A stretch of DNA of 64,000 nucleotides from an uncultured Candidatus Saccharibacteria bacterium. GTDB lineage: Bacteria > Patescibacteriota > CALEFQ01. Positions 19,124 through 29,856 of this stretch are shown here, one piece after another (positions within the stretch are counted from its first letter, which is position 1; each line of letters begins with the position of its first letter). Both the position numbers and the translations under genes were made by a program. The notes under the pieces are model-generated. The model had not been told where the DNA came from. It searched no databases and was given only the letters and a program-made list of their open reading frames with translations. The stretch spans positions 856,790 to 920,789 of the forward strand of contig OZ246404.1 of NCBI GenBank assembly GCA_965230955.1, in the 5' to 3' direction.

Positions 19124-22100
19124 TTATTTATCTTCCGCCTGCGCCTGAACTTGCCCGGTCAAATCATCCAGAGTGGTAATCTTCAGCCAAGGCTTATCAA
19201 CGCCCCGCTTTTTGCGGCGGGTAAAGAGATAGATCAAAACGGGGACAATCACCAATGATCCAACGGTCGAACAAACCAAACCGGCAATCAGCGAAGTCCC
19301 AAGCCCGGTCCAGAAAGGATCATTGATCGTCAGCGGGATAATACCGCCGATGGTCGTAATAGTCGTGGAAAGAATCGGCTTAATTCTGCCTCGGCCCGTC
19401 TCCGCCAGTGCCTGCGCCAGAGAAAACTGCGGATTGGTGCGTTTCACACGATTATAATAATCGATTAAAACAATCGCGTTATTAACGACAATTCCCACCA
19501 AGGCGATGATGCCCAAACCGGAAACCATGTCCAAAGTCGAACCGACCCAGAAAAGCGCCGGGAAGACACCGATCAAACCCATGGGAATAGTCAGCATGAT
19601 GATAAACGGTTCGCCGTAGCTATTGAATTGATAAACCAGAACCAGATATACCAGCAACATAGCGATGATCAATACAATTTGCAGACGACTAGAAGTATCC
19701 ATCATTGAAGCATACTCCCCGCCATAGACCACGTCGTCCGGCTCCAGTCCGTATTCCTGAAGTTTATCTTCAGTCAAATAATCTTTGATTGCTTGCTCTA
19801 AAGTCGCTTTGTCACCGTCTTTGGTCAGTTTTACTTTGAATGATCCGACGCGCTCGCGATTCAGCCGGCTGATGGTATCCAAACGATCGGTCTCGCTGAC
19901 ACGCGCCACCTCTGAGAGCTTGAAAGGAAGCGCTGTGGTCGTAGCGCCGATTACCGGCACGTCTTTCAAATCAGTCGTCGATTCACGAGCCGATTCGCGG
20001 TAGACGACCGACACTTTGTCCGAAACGCCGTCAGCCCGGACGACAACTTTGCCGGCATCTGATTCGCTGAAAACAGAATTGATCGCCATTGAAGCAAAGA
20101 AAGCACTGCTCTGTTTCTGAGACAATTTCACCGGATCCAGTTCGACACTGACCGAAGGAGTCATTATATCTTTCGGCCCATTCAGCACGCGATCGACCTG
20201 TTCTTGATCGTTGGCGAATTTTTCCAAATCATCGACCAATCGAGTAACTCCGTCGCTATTAGATGAAGCTAATTCAACGATCACGTCAAATTCCTGAGCC
20301 GGCGGACCATAGCTCTGCGAATTAACTGAAATAATTTTCCCGTCGGTGCGAAGCTCCTCAACTTTTTGATCCAAATCATCGCCGATTTGCTGAGAAGTCA
20401 GATCAGTATCGCGCTCGGTCGGTTCGGTAATGAAAATCATGAAACTGCCCTGCCAGAAAAAGTAACTTTCAAAATGGGGAATCGTCAGAATCTTCTCGCC
20501 CAGTTCGCGATAAGTTTCGTTTTGCACTCCCCGCGGCGTGCCGGACGGAAATTTTATCGCCAATGATATTTGTTCTCCGTCCATCGTGGGAAACTGCGAA
20601 AACGGCAACCGCGGCAGGAAATAACTGAAACTACCGATCAGTAAAACCACGGGGATGACAACAGAAAGAATCAAGCCTTTCTTGGTCGTCAGTACCCGCC
20701 GAATAAACTTGTAATAGCTGTTCACTAAAAGGTCAACCGAATGCTGGGCATAATAGATCAGCACGGGGAAAACGGAAATTTTTTCCCAACGTTTGAAAGT
20801 ATGCGCCCCATTGCCGTTACTCGGCTTGCCCAGCAGCCAGATACCAAACAGCGGCGTAATGGTAATCGCCAAAAAATATGATGCCACCAGCATGAGGACC
20901 AACGTGATTGGAATGTATTTCAAGAACTCGCCCATAATCCCGCCCATGAAAGCGTATGGAATCAAAGCGATGACAGTCGTGACCGTAGCTGCAAGTATTG
21001 CCGCGCCGTAATCGTGAACGGATTTAAGCGCCGCGGCGAATTTGTTCATCCCGCGCTTGAGATTATCCAGCATGCCGGAGGCAATCACGATCGCGTTATC
21101 GACCACCATACCCAGCGAGAGAATCATGGCAAACAAAGTCAAAATGTTTAGAGTATAACCAAGCAACGGCATGACAAACCAAGCAATCAAGAAAGAAATA
21201 GGCAAAACCAACGCCACCAGCAAGCCGGCGCGCAGACTGACAAAAAACAGCAACACGACCAAGATAATGATCAAACCTTGCCAGCCGTTTTCCGCCAGAT
21301 CGCCGATCAAACTGCGGACAAAAGGCGAGGTATCATAAACCAGATTCAATTCGACATCGTCCGGGACAATATTTTTTTCATGAATTTGCCCCACCGCTTC
21401 TTTGATGGCGTCGGAAACTCGCAGTACATCGCCATCACTCTTTTTAGTCGCCAATAAATAAATCGCTTCGGTGGATTTCGCTGTACCGTCGCCGTTGATA
21501 TAACCCGCTAAAGTAAAAGCCTCGTCAACCGGCACACGTTCGATTTCCGCAATATCACTGAGTTTGATCGGTCCAATCGAAATTTTCTTGAAGTCATCTA
21601 AATTATTGACTGGTGATTCAATGACGATCGGTTTCTCCCGCCCGTCACCGGTTTTGACAAAACCGCCGGGCAGAGCCGAAGTCGCACCTTTGATGGATTC
21701 CACCACCGTTTCCTTGGTCAAGCGATAACGCGCTAATTTGGCTTCGTCCAGGGTAACTTGAATTTCCATCTCCGCGCCGGGCATAACTTCCACTGTTTTG
21801 ATCTCGGGTGAAACGGATTCCAGATAATTCACCACTGGCGGCGACATTTCCAGTAATTCGGTACGAGAACGCTCGTCGCTGGAAAGAACATAGGCCACGG
21901 TCGGGCCGGTAATATCAACCTGATCGACCTGAATTTCCACTTTTCCCGGCAAATTGGCTTCGCGAGTTTTGTTTTCAATATCGGTGACCCGTTGTTCCAA
22001 GTTTTTAAAATCATCGAATTCGATGAAAATCCCTCCAAAATTATTGGAAGACGTCGAACGGAGATTTTTGATCCCCTCGACTTCATAGATTTTGTTTTCC

Positions 22101-22336
22101 AAAGGGATAACCACTTCCTGTTCCACGTCGCCGGAACTCGCCCCGGGATAAATGGCGTTGACCAGTACCATATTGCCAGGAATATTCGGAAAATCCTGCT
22201 TGGGAATGTCACGCACACCGAAATAACCGGCGATGATCAGAGCCACCAGCAATAAAATTGTCACCCGATACCGATCAATAAAAAATCGCGCCCACCGGGC
22301 GAAACCATTCGGCTTGAAATTCAGTTGTTTGTCCAT
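19124..22336 (-). CDS. RND efflux permease (AcrB/AcrD/AcrF family)
   Basis: 1070 aa; YPGAS, GMVVDNAIV, GIVVNNAIVLID, RIKPILSTT. Confidence 0.93.
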   Translation of the reverse strand: MDKQLNFKPNGFARWARFFIDRYRVTILLLVALIIAGYFGVRDIPKQDFPNIPGNMVLVNAIYPGASSGDVEQEVVIPLENKIYEVEGIKNLRSTSSNNFGGIFIEFDDFKNLEQRVTDIENKTREANLPGKVEIQVDQVDITGPTVAYVLSSDERSRTELLEMSPPVVNYLESVSPEIKTVEVMPGAEMEIQVTLDEAKLARYRLTKETVVESIKGATSALPGGFVKTGDGREKPIVIESPVNNLDDFKKISIGPIKLSDIAEIERVPVDEAFTLAGYINGDGTAKSTEAIYLLATKKSDGDVLRVSDAIKEAVGQIHEKNIVPDDVELNLVYDTSPFVRSLIGDLAENGWQGLIIILVVLLFFVSLRAGLLVALVLPISFLIAWFVMPLLGYTLNILTLFAMILSLGMVVDNAIVIASGMLDNLKRGMNKFAAALKSVHDYGAAILAATVTTVIALIPYAFMGGIMGEFLKYIPITLVLMLVASYFLAITITPLFGIWLLGKPSNGNGAHTFKRWEKISVFPVLIYYAQHSVDLLVNSYYKFIRRVLTTKKGLILSVVIPVVLLIGSFSYFLPRLPFSQFPTMDGEQISLAIKFPSGTPRGVQNETYRELGEKILTIPHFESYFFWQGSFMIFITEPTERDTDLTSQQIGDDLDQKVEELRTDGKIISVNSQSYGPPAQEFDVIVELASSNSDGVTRLVDDLEKFANDQEQVDRVLNGPKDIMTPSVSVELDPVKLSQKQSSAFFASMAINSVFSESDAGKVVVRADGVSDKVSVVYRESARESTTDLKDVPVIGATTTALPFKLSEVARVSETDRLDTISRLNRERVGSFKVKLTKDGDKATLEQAIKDYLTEDKLQEYGLEPDDVVYGGEYASMMDTSSRLQIVLIIAMLLVYLVLVYQFNSYGEPFIIMLTIPMGLIGVFPALFWVGSTLDMVSGLGIIALVGIVVNNAIVLIDYYNRVKRTNPQFSLAQALAETGRGRIKPILSTTITTIGGIIPLTINDPFWTGLGTSLIAGLVCSTVGSLVIVPVLIYLFTRRKKRGVDKPWLKITTLDDLTGQVQAQAEDK

Positions 22337-22449
22337 ATAAGCTTTTTATTTAAAATTACGCGAATTTGCTTATTTTAACATAAGAAATAGAAAAAGCAAG
22401 GATCGGCCACGAAAAAAGAGGGTCGAGCTTAAGCACAATCCTCTTGTGT

Positions 22450-23154
22450 TTAATTTTGACACAAATAATCGCACGGATCAACCCAACCGCTTAAGTCAGC
22501 AGAATTTGAAACATACCCTTTAACATTGACTGCCGATCCGCGGTGAATTCCCAAGTGAAGGTGTTTGCGCTCCCGGTCTGTGTCGGCACTGCTATCGTCC
22601 CCCAGCACAGCGAAAGCTTCATCGGCGGCTAAGATGTCCCCAACATTTTGCGAAATACTCGCTAATTTAATGTGACCGTAAAGCACCGTGATGGGCACGC
22701 CATCAAGCGTGCAACTCTGGATAACAACTCCCCCATATCCGCCAACAGTTTCTTTCCTCATCAAAGAACCGGAGCAAATCGCTCTAACGGCTACAACTTC
22801 ATCCGTCTCTTCCGGAAAAATTTCGAAATCCACGCCGGTATGATAGCCGCTGAATCGCTCCGGCCGGATTGGAGAATTCTGGGGCGTAATATATTGGCCG
22901 AATTTTTTCTTCGTCACCCGTTCATCAGCACGGTCAAGGGGAGCAACAAAGTCATTCGTAATGTTAGGGGTAACTTCTGTAATTGTTATAGTTGGCGTCG
23001 TGATTGATACGGACAGAGGTGTGGCCGTGGGAGAAATTAGGGTCGACACAAGCTGATTATCTGATAACGGACTCGGCCTGATAAAAAACCAAACTAGAAA
23101 TATCCCCAGGGCCACTAGCCCGGTGATTAAGACCAGATAGTATTTTTTATCCAT
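22450..23154 (-). CDS. M23 family metallopeptidase
   Basis: HTGVD, YGH, HLHLG zinc motifs; N-terminal TM. Confidence 0.88.
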   Translation of the reverse strand: MDKKYYLVLITGLVALGIFLVWFFIRPSPLSDNQLVSTLISPTATPLSVSITTPTITITEVTPNITNDFVAPLDRADERVTKKKFGQYITPQNSPIRPERFSGYHTGVDFEIFPEETDEVVAVRAICSGSLMRKETVGGYGGVVIQSCTLDGVPITVLYGHIKLASISQNVGDILAADEAFAVLGDDSSADTDRERKHLHLGIHRGSAVNVKGYVSNSADLSGWVDPCDYLCQN

Positions 23155-23253
23155 ATTTATATTCTATCGTTTATCCTCTCATTGTGCAAAACTGTAAACG
23201 TCAAAACAGGGGCGGGCTAAGCCTGCCCCTGTTATATCGATATCATAATTATT

Positions 23254-25554
23254 CTAGAAATTCGCCACGGCTACATCCGCTCCCGCTTTCTGGGTTGCGG
23301 CGTAAGCGTAAAAGCCCGGAGTGAAAACAGCCTGTCCGTTGTATTTGAACGTGCGCACTTGAGCCGCATTTGCCGTTTTCGGCACCGTCACAATTTCCGC
23401 CTTGCCGTCGCTATTGAGATCGCCGGCGCTGATCAGGAACCCGGTTTTGATGCTACGCGCGTAAGCGTAGAAACCTTGGTTCAGTTTGGCTTTGCCGGTA
23501 GAGTCAAAGATTCGAACCTGGGCGGGAAAACCCTCGCCCGGGACAGTGACAATTTCATCTTTCCCGTCACCATTCAAGTCCGCGACCGCCACGTCGCCGC
23601 CGGTCGGCAATGTCCCGTAGGGATAGAAACCGGTCGTCCCTTTTGATTTACCGGTGTAATCGAAAATCCGAACTTGCGCTTGGGTACCGCGTTCGGGCAC
23701 AGTCACGATTTCCGCTTTGCCGTCTTTGTTCACATCACCGGCGGAAACACGCAGTCCGACTCTTAGACCCTGGGAATAGGCAAAGAATCCCTTGGACAAA
23801 ACAGACTGACCATTGCCGTTGAAAATTTTAACTTGCGGCCCGCAACCGGTTCCGGGGGTGGTAATGATTTCATCTATTCCATTTCCGTCCAGATCGGCCG
23901 CGGCGACATCCGTGCCGCAACGCAGGTTCCGGTCGTAGGCGTAGAAACCATTTTTGTTAAATTTGGGGGTTCCTTGTTTGTCAAAAACTCGGACGAGAGG
24001 CGCGCCGGCTCCACGCGGCGCGGCGATAATCTCGTCAATACCGTCACCGTCCAAATCACCGGTCGCCACATTGATTCCGCCCCGGAAAGTGGCGGCAAAT
24101 GTCATCAGATTTTTCGGTTTGCTCGCCTCATTGCCATAAGCGCTGTAAGAGCGCAACCACGGAGCGGCTCCGGCCCCGGCGCCGGTCACAATATGTCCTT
24201 TATTGATCACTTTCATCGTGAACTCTTCGGTCGCCGTCTGAGTCGGCGTACTGTAATCGGTCACTTGAACGGTAAACGTATGGTTTCCGCCTTCTTTCGG
24301 CGTACCGGAAATCGTCCCGGTATCGACATCAATATTTAGTCCGTCCGGCAAAGCACCGTCGCTGATTGACCACTGATGAGCCGGTGTACCGTTCGCAACA
24401 CTTATCTTTTGTTCATAACTTTTTCCTTCTGACGCGGTGCTCAATGAAGTCGTAGTAATATCAAAGGGGCCGATTTTTTCGGAACGCCAAATTTCGACTC
24501 CGGTGGTACTGTTGCTGGTCGCGACATACATCCGGTCGCCCCACTGCGTCATGCTATAGAAAGCAAAATTATTAGCATCTCCTTTCCCGTTTTCGATTTC
24601 TTTAGCCCAATCCACTCCGTTATCTGTCCGCCACAAGTTAGCGCCCGCTACCCAGTTTCTGATTCCGGTGTAAATCGTGCCGTTCACTACCATCGGATGA
24701 ATCGAGGGCCAATCGCCGTTGAAAGCTGTCGTAACTTTGCTCCAAGTCGTTCCGTCGGGGGAAGACCAAACCTGGGAGGAACTCGAGGTACCATTTAGGG
24801 TGAAAGCGTAAAGTTTATTATCAAATTTAACCATTCCCGCTACCGCAGAATTACTGGAATCCCCAAAACCGGCGCTACTGGCCGCGGTCCAAGTCGTACC
24901 ATCGGCCGTACGCCAAATTCGGCCTCCACCGACGGCAATAGTTCCGCAATATAACTGGTCGTTAAAAACATATAATGAATTCGCACCATAAGCATTACTG
25001 CCGAAACCATCGGTGTTAACCTGGGTCCAGCTTGCTCCATCAGCGGTGCGCCAAACTTCTACTCCGGTAGTCTGATTTCCAACCGCCGCATAGAGATGAT
25101 CGCCAAAAACTTGCAGGGAAACCAGCTCATAATTATTGTTGGCATCACCAAAACCATCGACATTGGCCTGGGCCCAATCGGTCCCGTTGCGGCTCCGCCA
25201 AACTCTGGTTGGCTCCCCACTGAGTGCCGCAGTAGAAATGGTAAAAAGATCCCCCCGGAAAACGGCAAAATCCTCGACATATTGATTGGCCGAGTTTCCA
25301 AAACCATCCGCGCTAACTTTGGTCCAGTCGGTTCCGCCAGAACTGCGCCAAACACTGCCGCCATTGATTGTGTTCCCGATTGCCAAGTACATGTAACCGC
25401 CCCACTCCTGAGGCGCAAAAACCAGCTGGTTATTGGCACTGCCAAAACCATCGGTGCTGACCTGCTCCCAACTGAGAGCCTGGGCCTGGCCGGCAACAGC
25501 ACAAAACAGCACGGCCACGGCCGCGACACTTAGCCAAATAAAGACTTTTTTCAT
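23254..25554 (-). CDS. secreted beta-propeller, putative Ig domain and FG-GAP-like repeat protein
   Basis: Signal peptide; WRSxDGxxW repeats; GALPDGL..GTISGTP; GDLDGDGxDEII repeats. Confidence 0.85.
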   Translation of the reverse strand: MKKVFIWLSVAAVAVLFCAVAGQAQALSWEQVSTDGFGSANNQLVFAPQEWGGYMYLAIGNTINGGSVWRSSGGTDWTKVSADGFGNSANQYVEDFAVFRGDLFTISTAALSGEPTRVWRSRNGTDWAQANVDGFGDANNNYELVSLQVFGDHLYAAVGNQTTGVEVWRTADGASWTQVNTDGFGSNAYGANSLYVFNDQLYCGTIAVGGGRIWRTADGTTWTAASSAGFGDSSNSAVAGMVKFDNKLYAFTLNGTSSSSQVWSSPDGTTWSKVTTAFNGDWPSIHPMVVNGTIYTGIRNWVAGANLWRTDNGVDWAKEIENGKGDANNFAFYSMTQWGDRMYVATSNSTTGVEIWRSEKIGPFDITTTSLSTASEGKSYEQKISVANGTPAHQWSISDGALPDGLNIDVDTGTISGTPKEGGNHTFTVQVTDYSTPTQTATEEFTMKVINKGHIVTGAGAGAAPWLRSYSAYGNEASKPKNLMTFAATFRGGINVATGDLDGDGIDEIIAAPRGAGAPLVRVFDKQGTPKFNKNGFYAYDRNLRCGTDVAAADLDGNGIDEIITTPGTGCGPQVKIFNGNGQSVLSKGFFAYSQGLRVGLRVSAGDVNKDGKAEIVTVPERGTQAQVRIFDYTGKSKGTTGFYPYGTLPTGGDVAVADLNGDGKDEIVTVPGEGFPAQVRIFDSTGKAKLNQGFYAYARSIKTGFLISAGDLNSDGKAEIVTVPKTANAAQVRTFKYNGQAVFTPGFYAYAATQKAGADVAVANF

Positions 25555-25678
25555 TTTTGTCTCCGACTGGCCAATATAAATGAGGCCAGTAATTAGTTTT
25601 TGTTGATTTTTGCTTATTATCTATATTTTATCATGAAAAAGGAGTTCGGGCAATATATGCCTAAAAAATGTGTGACCT

Positions 25679-25710
25679 AAAAAGGGGTGGGCTTAAGCCC
25701 ACCCCTTTTT
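25679..25710 (-). terminator. intrinsic terminator-like palindrome
   Basis: aaaggggtgggc-ttaa-gcccaccccttt with A/T tracts on both sides. Confidence 0.7.
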
Positions 25711-25732
25711 CGTATGGAAACGATCTAATCTC

Positions 25733-27787
25733 TTAGAAATTCCCCACCGCCACATCGGCTCCGGCTTTCTGCGTCGCGGAATAAGCATAGAAACCGGGGG
25801 TGAAAATCACACTACCGTTTGATTTAAAGGTCCGCACCTGGGCCGGACTGCCGGTTTTGGGTACCGTCACAATTTCCGCCTTGCCGTCACGATTAAGATC
25901 CCCGGCATTGATCAAGAAACCGTTTTTGACACTGCGGGCATAGGCATAGAAGCCGGGATTAATTACCGCTTTCCCGGTCGAGTCAAAAATCCGCACTTGA
26001 GCCGGGAAGCCCTCGCCCGGTACCGTGATAATTTCAGCTTTTCCATTGCCATCCAAATCGGCCACCGCCACATCACCGCCCGTGCGCTGACTGCCATACG
26101 GATAGAAACCGGCAGTACCTTTCACCCGGCCGGAGTAATCAAAGACTCTGACTTGCCCCGGTACGCCTCGTTCCGGAACGGTCACAATTTCCGCTTTGCC
26201 GTCTTTGTTCACATCTCCCGCCGCAATTCTGGCGCCTACTCGCAGACCGGAACCGTAGGCGAAGAAACCCTTCGTCAAAACCGTCTGCCCATTGGCGTCA
26301 AATATTTTTACCTGCGGGCCGCAACCGGCGCCGGGAATAGTGATAATTTCATCCAAACCATTGCCGTCAACATCGGCCGCGGCGACATCCGTGCCGCAAC
26401 GCAGGTTCTTGTCATAGGCGTAAAATCCCGTGCGACTGAATTTAATATTGCCGTCTTTGTCAAAAACCCGAACTTGCGCCGCCCCGTTGCCGCGGGGGGC
26501 AACGATAATTTCGTCAGTTCCATCCCCGTCCAAATCCCCCGTGGCGACATTGACCCCGCCCCGGAAAGTACCGGCAAAGGCCATCAAATTGCGAGGAGAA
26601 TTTTGCTCGCGTCCGTAAGCATTAAATTTCCGCACCCACGGCGTCGCTCCGGCGCCGGACGCCGTCACCAAATATCCTTGCGGCCAGACATTGATCCGCT
26701 CGGAACGATAAAGTTTCGCACCACCAAAAGAACTGAGAGCCGCATAGATCCGATCTCCCCACAAAGTCATCCCGTAAACCGAGTAACTGGTGCTACTTCC
26801 TTGGCCATCGGACATTTCAGATTTCCAATCCACTCCGTTGTTTGTACTCCAGACTCCTCCTCCGTTCTTCGTATTGGAATAACCGACATACAAACTGCCG
26901 TCGGCCACAACCGGCCGCATGAAAATCCAATATGTTTCGACATTGCCAAATCCATCAGTATTGACTTGGGTCCAAGTGTCACTATCGCCATCAGCCGAGC
27001 GCCAAGCTTCCGTCCCGGTGACATCGTTATAGGTAAAAGAATATAGCTCGTCATTGAAACGCACAAAGGAACCGATTCCCTCGTTATTCGCATCGCCAAA
27101 TCCGTCACTGATCACCTCTTTCCAAGCTGTTCCGTTGGACGTGCGCCAAATTTTTCCCGCGCCGTTATTCAGCACGCCGCAATAAAGTTGGCCGTCAAAT
27201 TCGTAGAGATCCGTGATTTCATAATTGGAAACCGCACCGCCGTCAAAATCGTCATCATTCGCTTGCGACCAATCGGTCCCATTGGCGGTACGCCAAATTT
27301 CCGCGCCGGTAGTATGATTACCTGTTCCCGCATAAAGCTGGCCATCGAAAACCTCCAGAGCAACCAGTTCCGATAAATTCTTAGTATCACCAAACCCGTC
27401 ACCACCGACCTGGCTCCAGTCCGAGCCGTTTCTTGAACGCCAAACTTCCGTTCCGGTGTCGAAGTTGGCGGCAATCGCATAAAGGTCTCCGTTGAAAACC
27501 GCGAAATCTTCAATAAACATATTGTTGTCGTTACCAAAACCGCCGCTACTTACTCGCTCCCAATCAGCTCCGCCGCTACTGCGCCAAACTTCCGCCCCGG
27601 CAGAACCAGTGACACCAGCATACATGTAGCCGCCCCAAATCGAAGGAGCAAAAACAATACTATTGGCACTGCCCCAGTACTGCTGGGTGTCAATTTTTTC
27701 CCAGCTTACCGCTTGAGCAGATCCCGCCATTAACAAAAACAATACGGCGGCCACCGCGATCCCCAGATTGATAAATAATTTTTTCAT
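25733..27787 (-). CDS. secreted beta-propeller and FG-GAP-like repeat protein (paralog lacking the Ig domain)
   Basis: Same architecture as 23254-25554 with a very similar C-terminal repeat domain. Confidence 0.85.
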   Translation of the reverse strand: MKKLFINLGIAVAAVLFLLMAGSAQAVSWEKIDTQQYWGSANSIVFAPSIWGGYMYAGVTGSAGAEVWRSSGGADWERVSSGGFGNDNNMFIEDFAVFNGDLYAIAANFDTGTEVWRSRNGSDWSQVGGDGFGDTKNLSELVALEVFDGQLYAGTGNHTTGAEIWRTANGTDWSQANDDDFDGGAVSNYEITDLYEFDGQLYCGVLNNGAGKIWRTSNGTAWKEVISDGFGDANNEGIGSFVRFNDELYSFTYNDVTGTEAWRSADGDSDTWTQVNTDGFGNVETYWIFMRPVVADGSLYVGYSNTKNGGGVWSTNNGVDWKSEMSDGQGSSTSYSVYGMTLWGDRIYAALSSFGGAKLYRSERINVWPQGYLVTASGAGATPWVRKFNAYGREQNSPRNLMAFAGTFRGGVNVATGDLDGDGTDEIIVAPRGNGAAQVRVFDKDGNIKFSRTGFYAYDKNLRCGTDVAAADVDGNGLDEIITIPGAGCGPQVKIFDANGQTVLTKGFFAYGSGLRVGARIAAGDVNKDGKAEIVTVPERGVPGQVRVFDYSGRVKGTAGFYPYGSQRTGGDVAVADLDGNGKAEIITVPGEGFPAQVRIFDSTGKAVINPGFYAYARSVKNGFLINAGDLNRDGKAEIVTVPKTGSPAQVRTFKSNGSVIFTPGFYAYSATQKAGADVAVGNF

Positions 27788-27899
27788 TTTTGTCTCCCGC
27801 TGGCCAAAAGAAGCTTGGCCAGTAATTAGTAACGTTGATTTTTATATTTCATTTTGCTATTTCAGACTTGCTTCTATTTTCGATATTTTAATTTCTGAT

Positions 27900-28301
27900 T
27901 TATTTCTCCGTCGTCTGTCCGTCAAATTCCGGACCGTCAGCCGTCGCTTCAGCTTTGGTCGCGCGAATCACGCCGTCTTTGTGATGCGCCGGAGAGTAAA
28001 TCGTGTAAAGCTTTAGTTCGTCGGTATCGGAAGTATTGATAATGTTATGCTGAGCGCCGGCCGGCACGACAATGGCACTGCCATCGGCCAGCGAATATTC
28101 GTTGCCGTCAATTATGCATTTGCCGGTTCCTTTTTCAAAACGAAAAAACTGGTCATTGTCCTGATGGACTTCCATGCCGATATCTTCTTTCGGCTTAAGA
28201 CTCATCAGCACCAGTTGGCTGTGTTTACCGGTATAGAGTACGTGGCGAAAATCGGAGTTTTTTAATGTTTCTTGTTCAATGTTGGCGTTAAAACCTTTCA
28301 T
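27900..28301 (-). CDS. cupin domain protein
   Basis: IGMEVH..NDQFF, VVPAGAQHN; likely start MKGFN. Confidence 0.88.
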   Translation of the reverse strand: MKGFNANIEQETLKNSDFRHVLYTGKHSQLVLMSLKPKEDIGMEVHQDNDQFFRFEKGTGKCIIDGNEYSLADGSAIVVPAGAQHNIINTSDTDELKLYTIYSPAHHKDGVIRATKAEATADGPEFDGQTTEK

Positions 28302-28464
28302 GTTAATAAATTTAAGGATTAATAAGTGTTTTGTTTTAGGAAGCTTGATACCATTATAGCAGAAATAATAACCAATATCCAATAACAAATATCAAATAAA
28401 ATTCAATACCCAAGATAGAAATGTAATCATTTTGACATTGGCATTGAATTTTATTTGATATTGG

Positions 28465-29727
28465 TTATTTGATATTTTCCCCCGCCAGATACCCCGTACT
28501 CCAACAAACTTGCAAATTGAAACCGCCGGAAGGCCCGTCTATGCCGAGAATTTCCCCGGCAAAATATAGATTATCGATCAATTTTGATCGCATAGTTTTA
28601 TCGTCTATCTCAGTCAACGTGATCCCGCCACTCGTCACCATCGCCTCATCAAAACCTTTTAGTCCCGCGACTGACAGCTCCAGTTTTTTCAGCATTCGGG
28701 CGAAGGATTGTCTTTCCTCTCGAGTAATCGCCCCGGCGGGTTTCTCTGAATCAAAATGATTGAGACCGGCGACAATCGAAATCAGCTTGCGCGGAACCAG
28801 GCCGGTCAAACAATTTTGAAACGCCTTTTTGGGCAGTGATTCGATTTGCTCCAGTAAAGTTTGATCCAGCTCGGCCATAGTCAGATCCGGCAAACAATCC
28901 AGGGACAGACGGACTTCTCCTTGGGCCAGCAAAGGACCGACCCGACCGCTGATATTCAAAATCGCCGGGCCGCTCAAACCAAAATGGGCAAACAAACAAT
29001 CGCCTCTCTCCACCGCCCGCTCTTTTTCGTTTTGCCGCAAACTGACATCAATTCCAGCCAAACTAATCCCCGCCAAATCTTTGATCCATGGCTCTTTGAT
29101 CACGATCGGCGACAGCGCCGGATATAATTTGGCCGCATGATGGCCAAGATCAGCGGCCCATTTAAAACCGGCGCCGGTCGATCCGGTAGAGGGATAAGCC
29201 ACTCCCCCTGTGCAAAAAACAAAATTTCGGGCGAAAATAGCGCCTTGCGCCGTTTCGATTTTGGTAATCTTGCGATTTTGCTTTTCGATCCCTGTCACTT
29301 CCGAATTGTCGATGATGACGACCCGGTTCCGGACGAGGTATTTTTCCAGCGCGACCAAAACATCTTCCGCTTTGTCACTGCGCGGGAAAATTCGGTCGCC
29401 TTCCGATTTCGTGGCTACGCCAAGATTTTCAAAAAAATCGATGGTCGCCCGAGGACCGAAAGTAGCGAAAGCATGCCAAAGAAATTTACCGCGATCGCCG
29501 TATTTTTTCACCAGTGCGCGCAGATCGAATTCCGCGTTGGCCAAATTGCACCGCCCGTGGCCGGTCAGGAGAAGTTTTTTACCCGGACGCTCGTTTTTCT
29601 CTAACAAAACCACCTTGGCGCCAAGCGAGGCTGCCCGCCCGGCGGCCATCAATCCGGCCGGACCCGCGCCGATAACCGCGATATCAAATTTTTTTATCGT
29701 TTCCAATGTCTTCATTAACTGCGCCAC
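28465..29727 (-). CDS. NAD(P)/FAD-dependent oxidoreductase, HI0933/BaiN family
   Basis: GAGPAG, GKKLLLTGHGRCN, GLSGPA, GGFNLQ. Confidence 0.92.
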   Translation of the reverse strand: MAQLMKTLETIKKFDIAVIGAGPAGLMAAGRAASLGAKVVLLEKNERPGKKLLLTGHGRCNLANAEFDLRALVKKYGDRGKFLWHAFATFGPRATIDFFENLGVATKSEGDRIFPRSDKAEDVLVALEKYLVRNRVVIIDNSEVTGIEKQNRKITKIETAQGAIFARNFVFCTGGVAYPSTGSTGAGFKWAADLGHHAAKLYPALSPIVIKEPWIKDLAGISLAGIDVSLRQNEKERAVERGDCLFAHFGLSGPAILNISGRVGPLLAQGEVRLSLDCLPDLTMAELDQTLLEQIESLPKKAFQNCLTGLVPRKLISIVAGLNHFDSEKPAGAITREERQSFARMLKKLELSVAGLKGFDEAMVTSGGITLTEIDDKTMRSKLIDNLYFAGEILGIDGPSGGFNLQVCWSTGYLAGENIK

Positions 29728-29856
29728 TTTAAAACGCTAGCGGCACATTTTGATTAAATTCAAAATTTATTAAGGAAAGTAAAAAAGAAATTAAAAGCTA
29801 AAAATTTAAATACCGTTTTATATTTTGAACTTTAAATTTCTTTTAAGCTTTAATTT

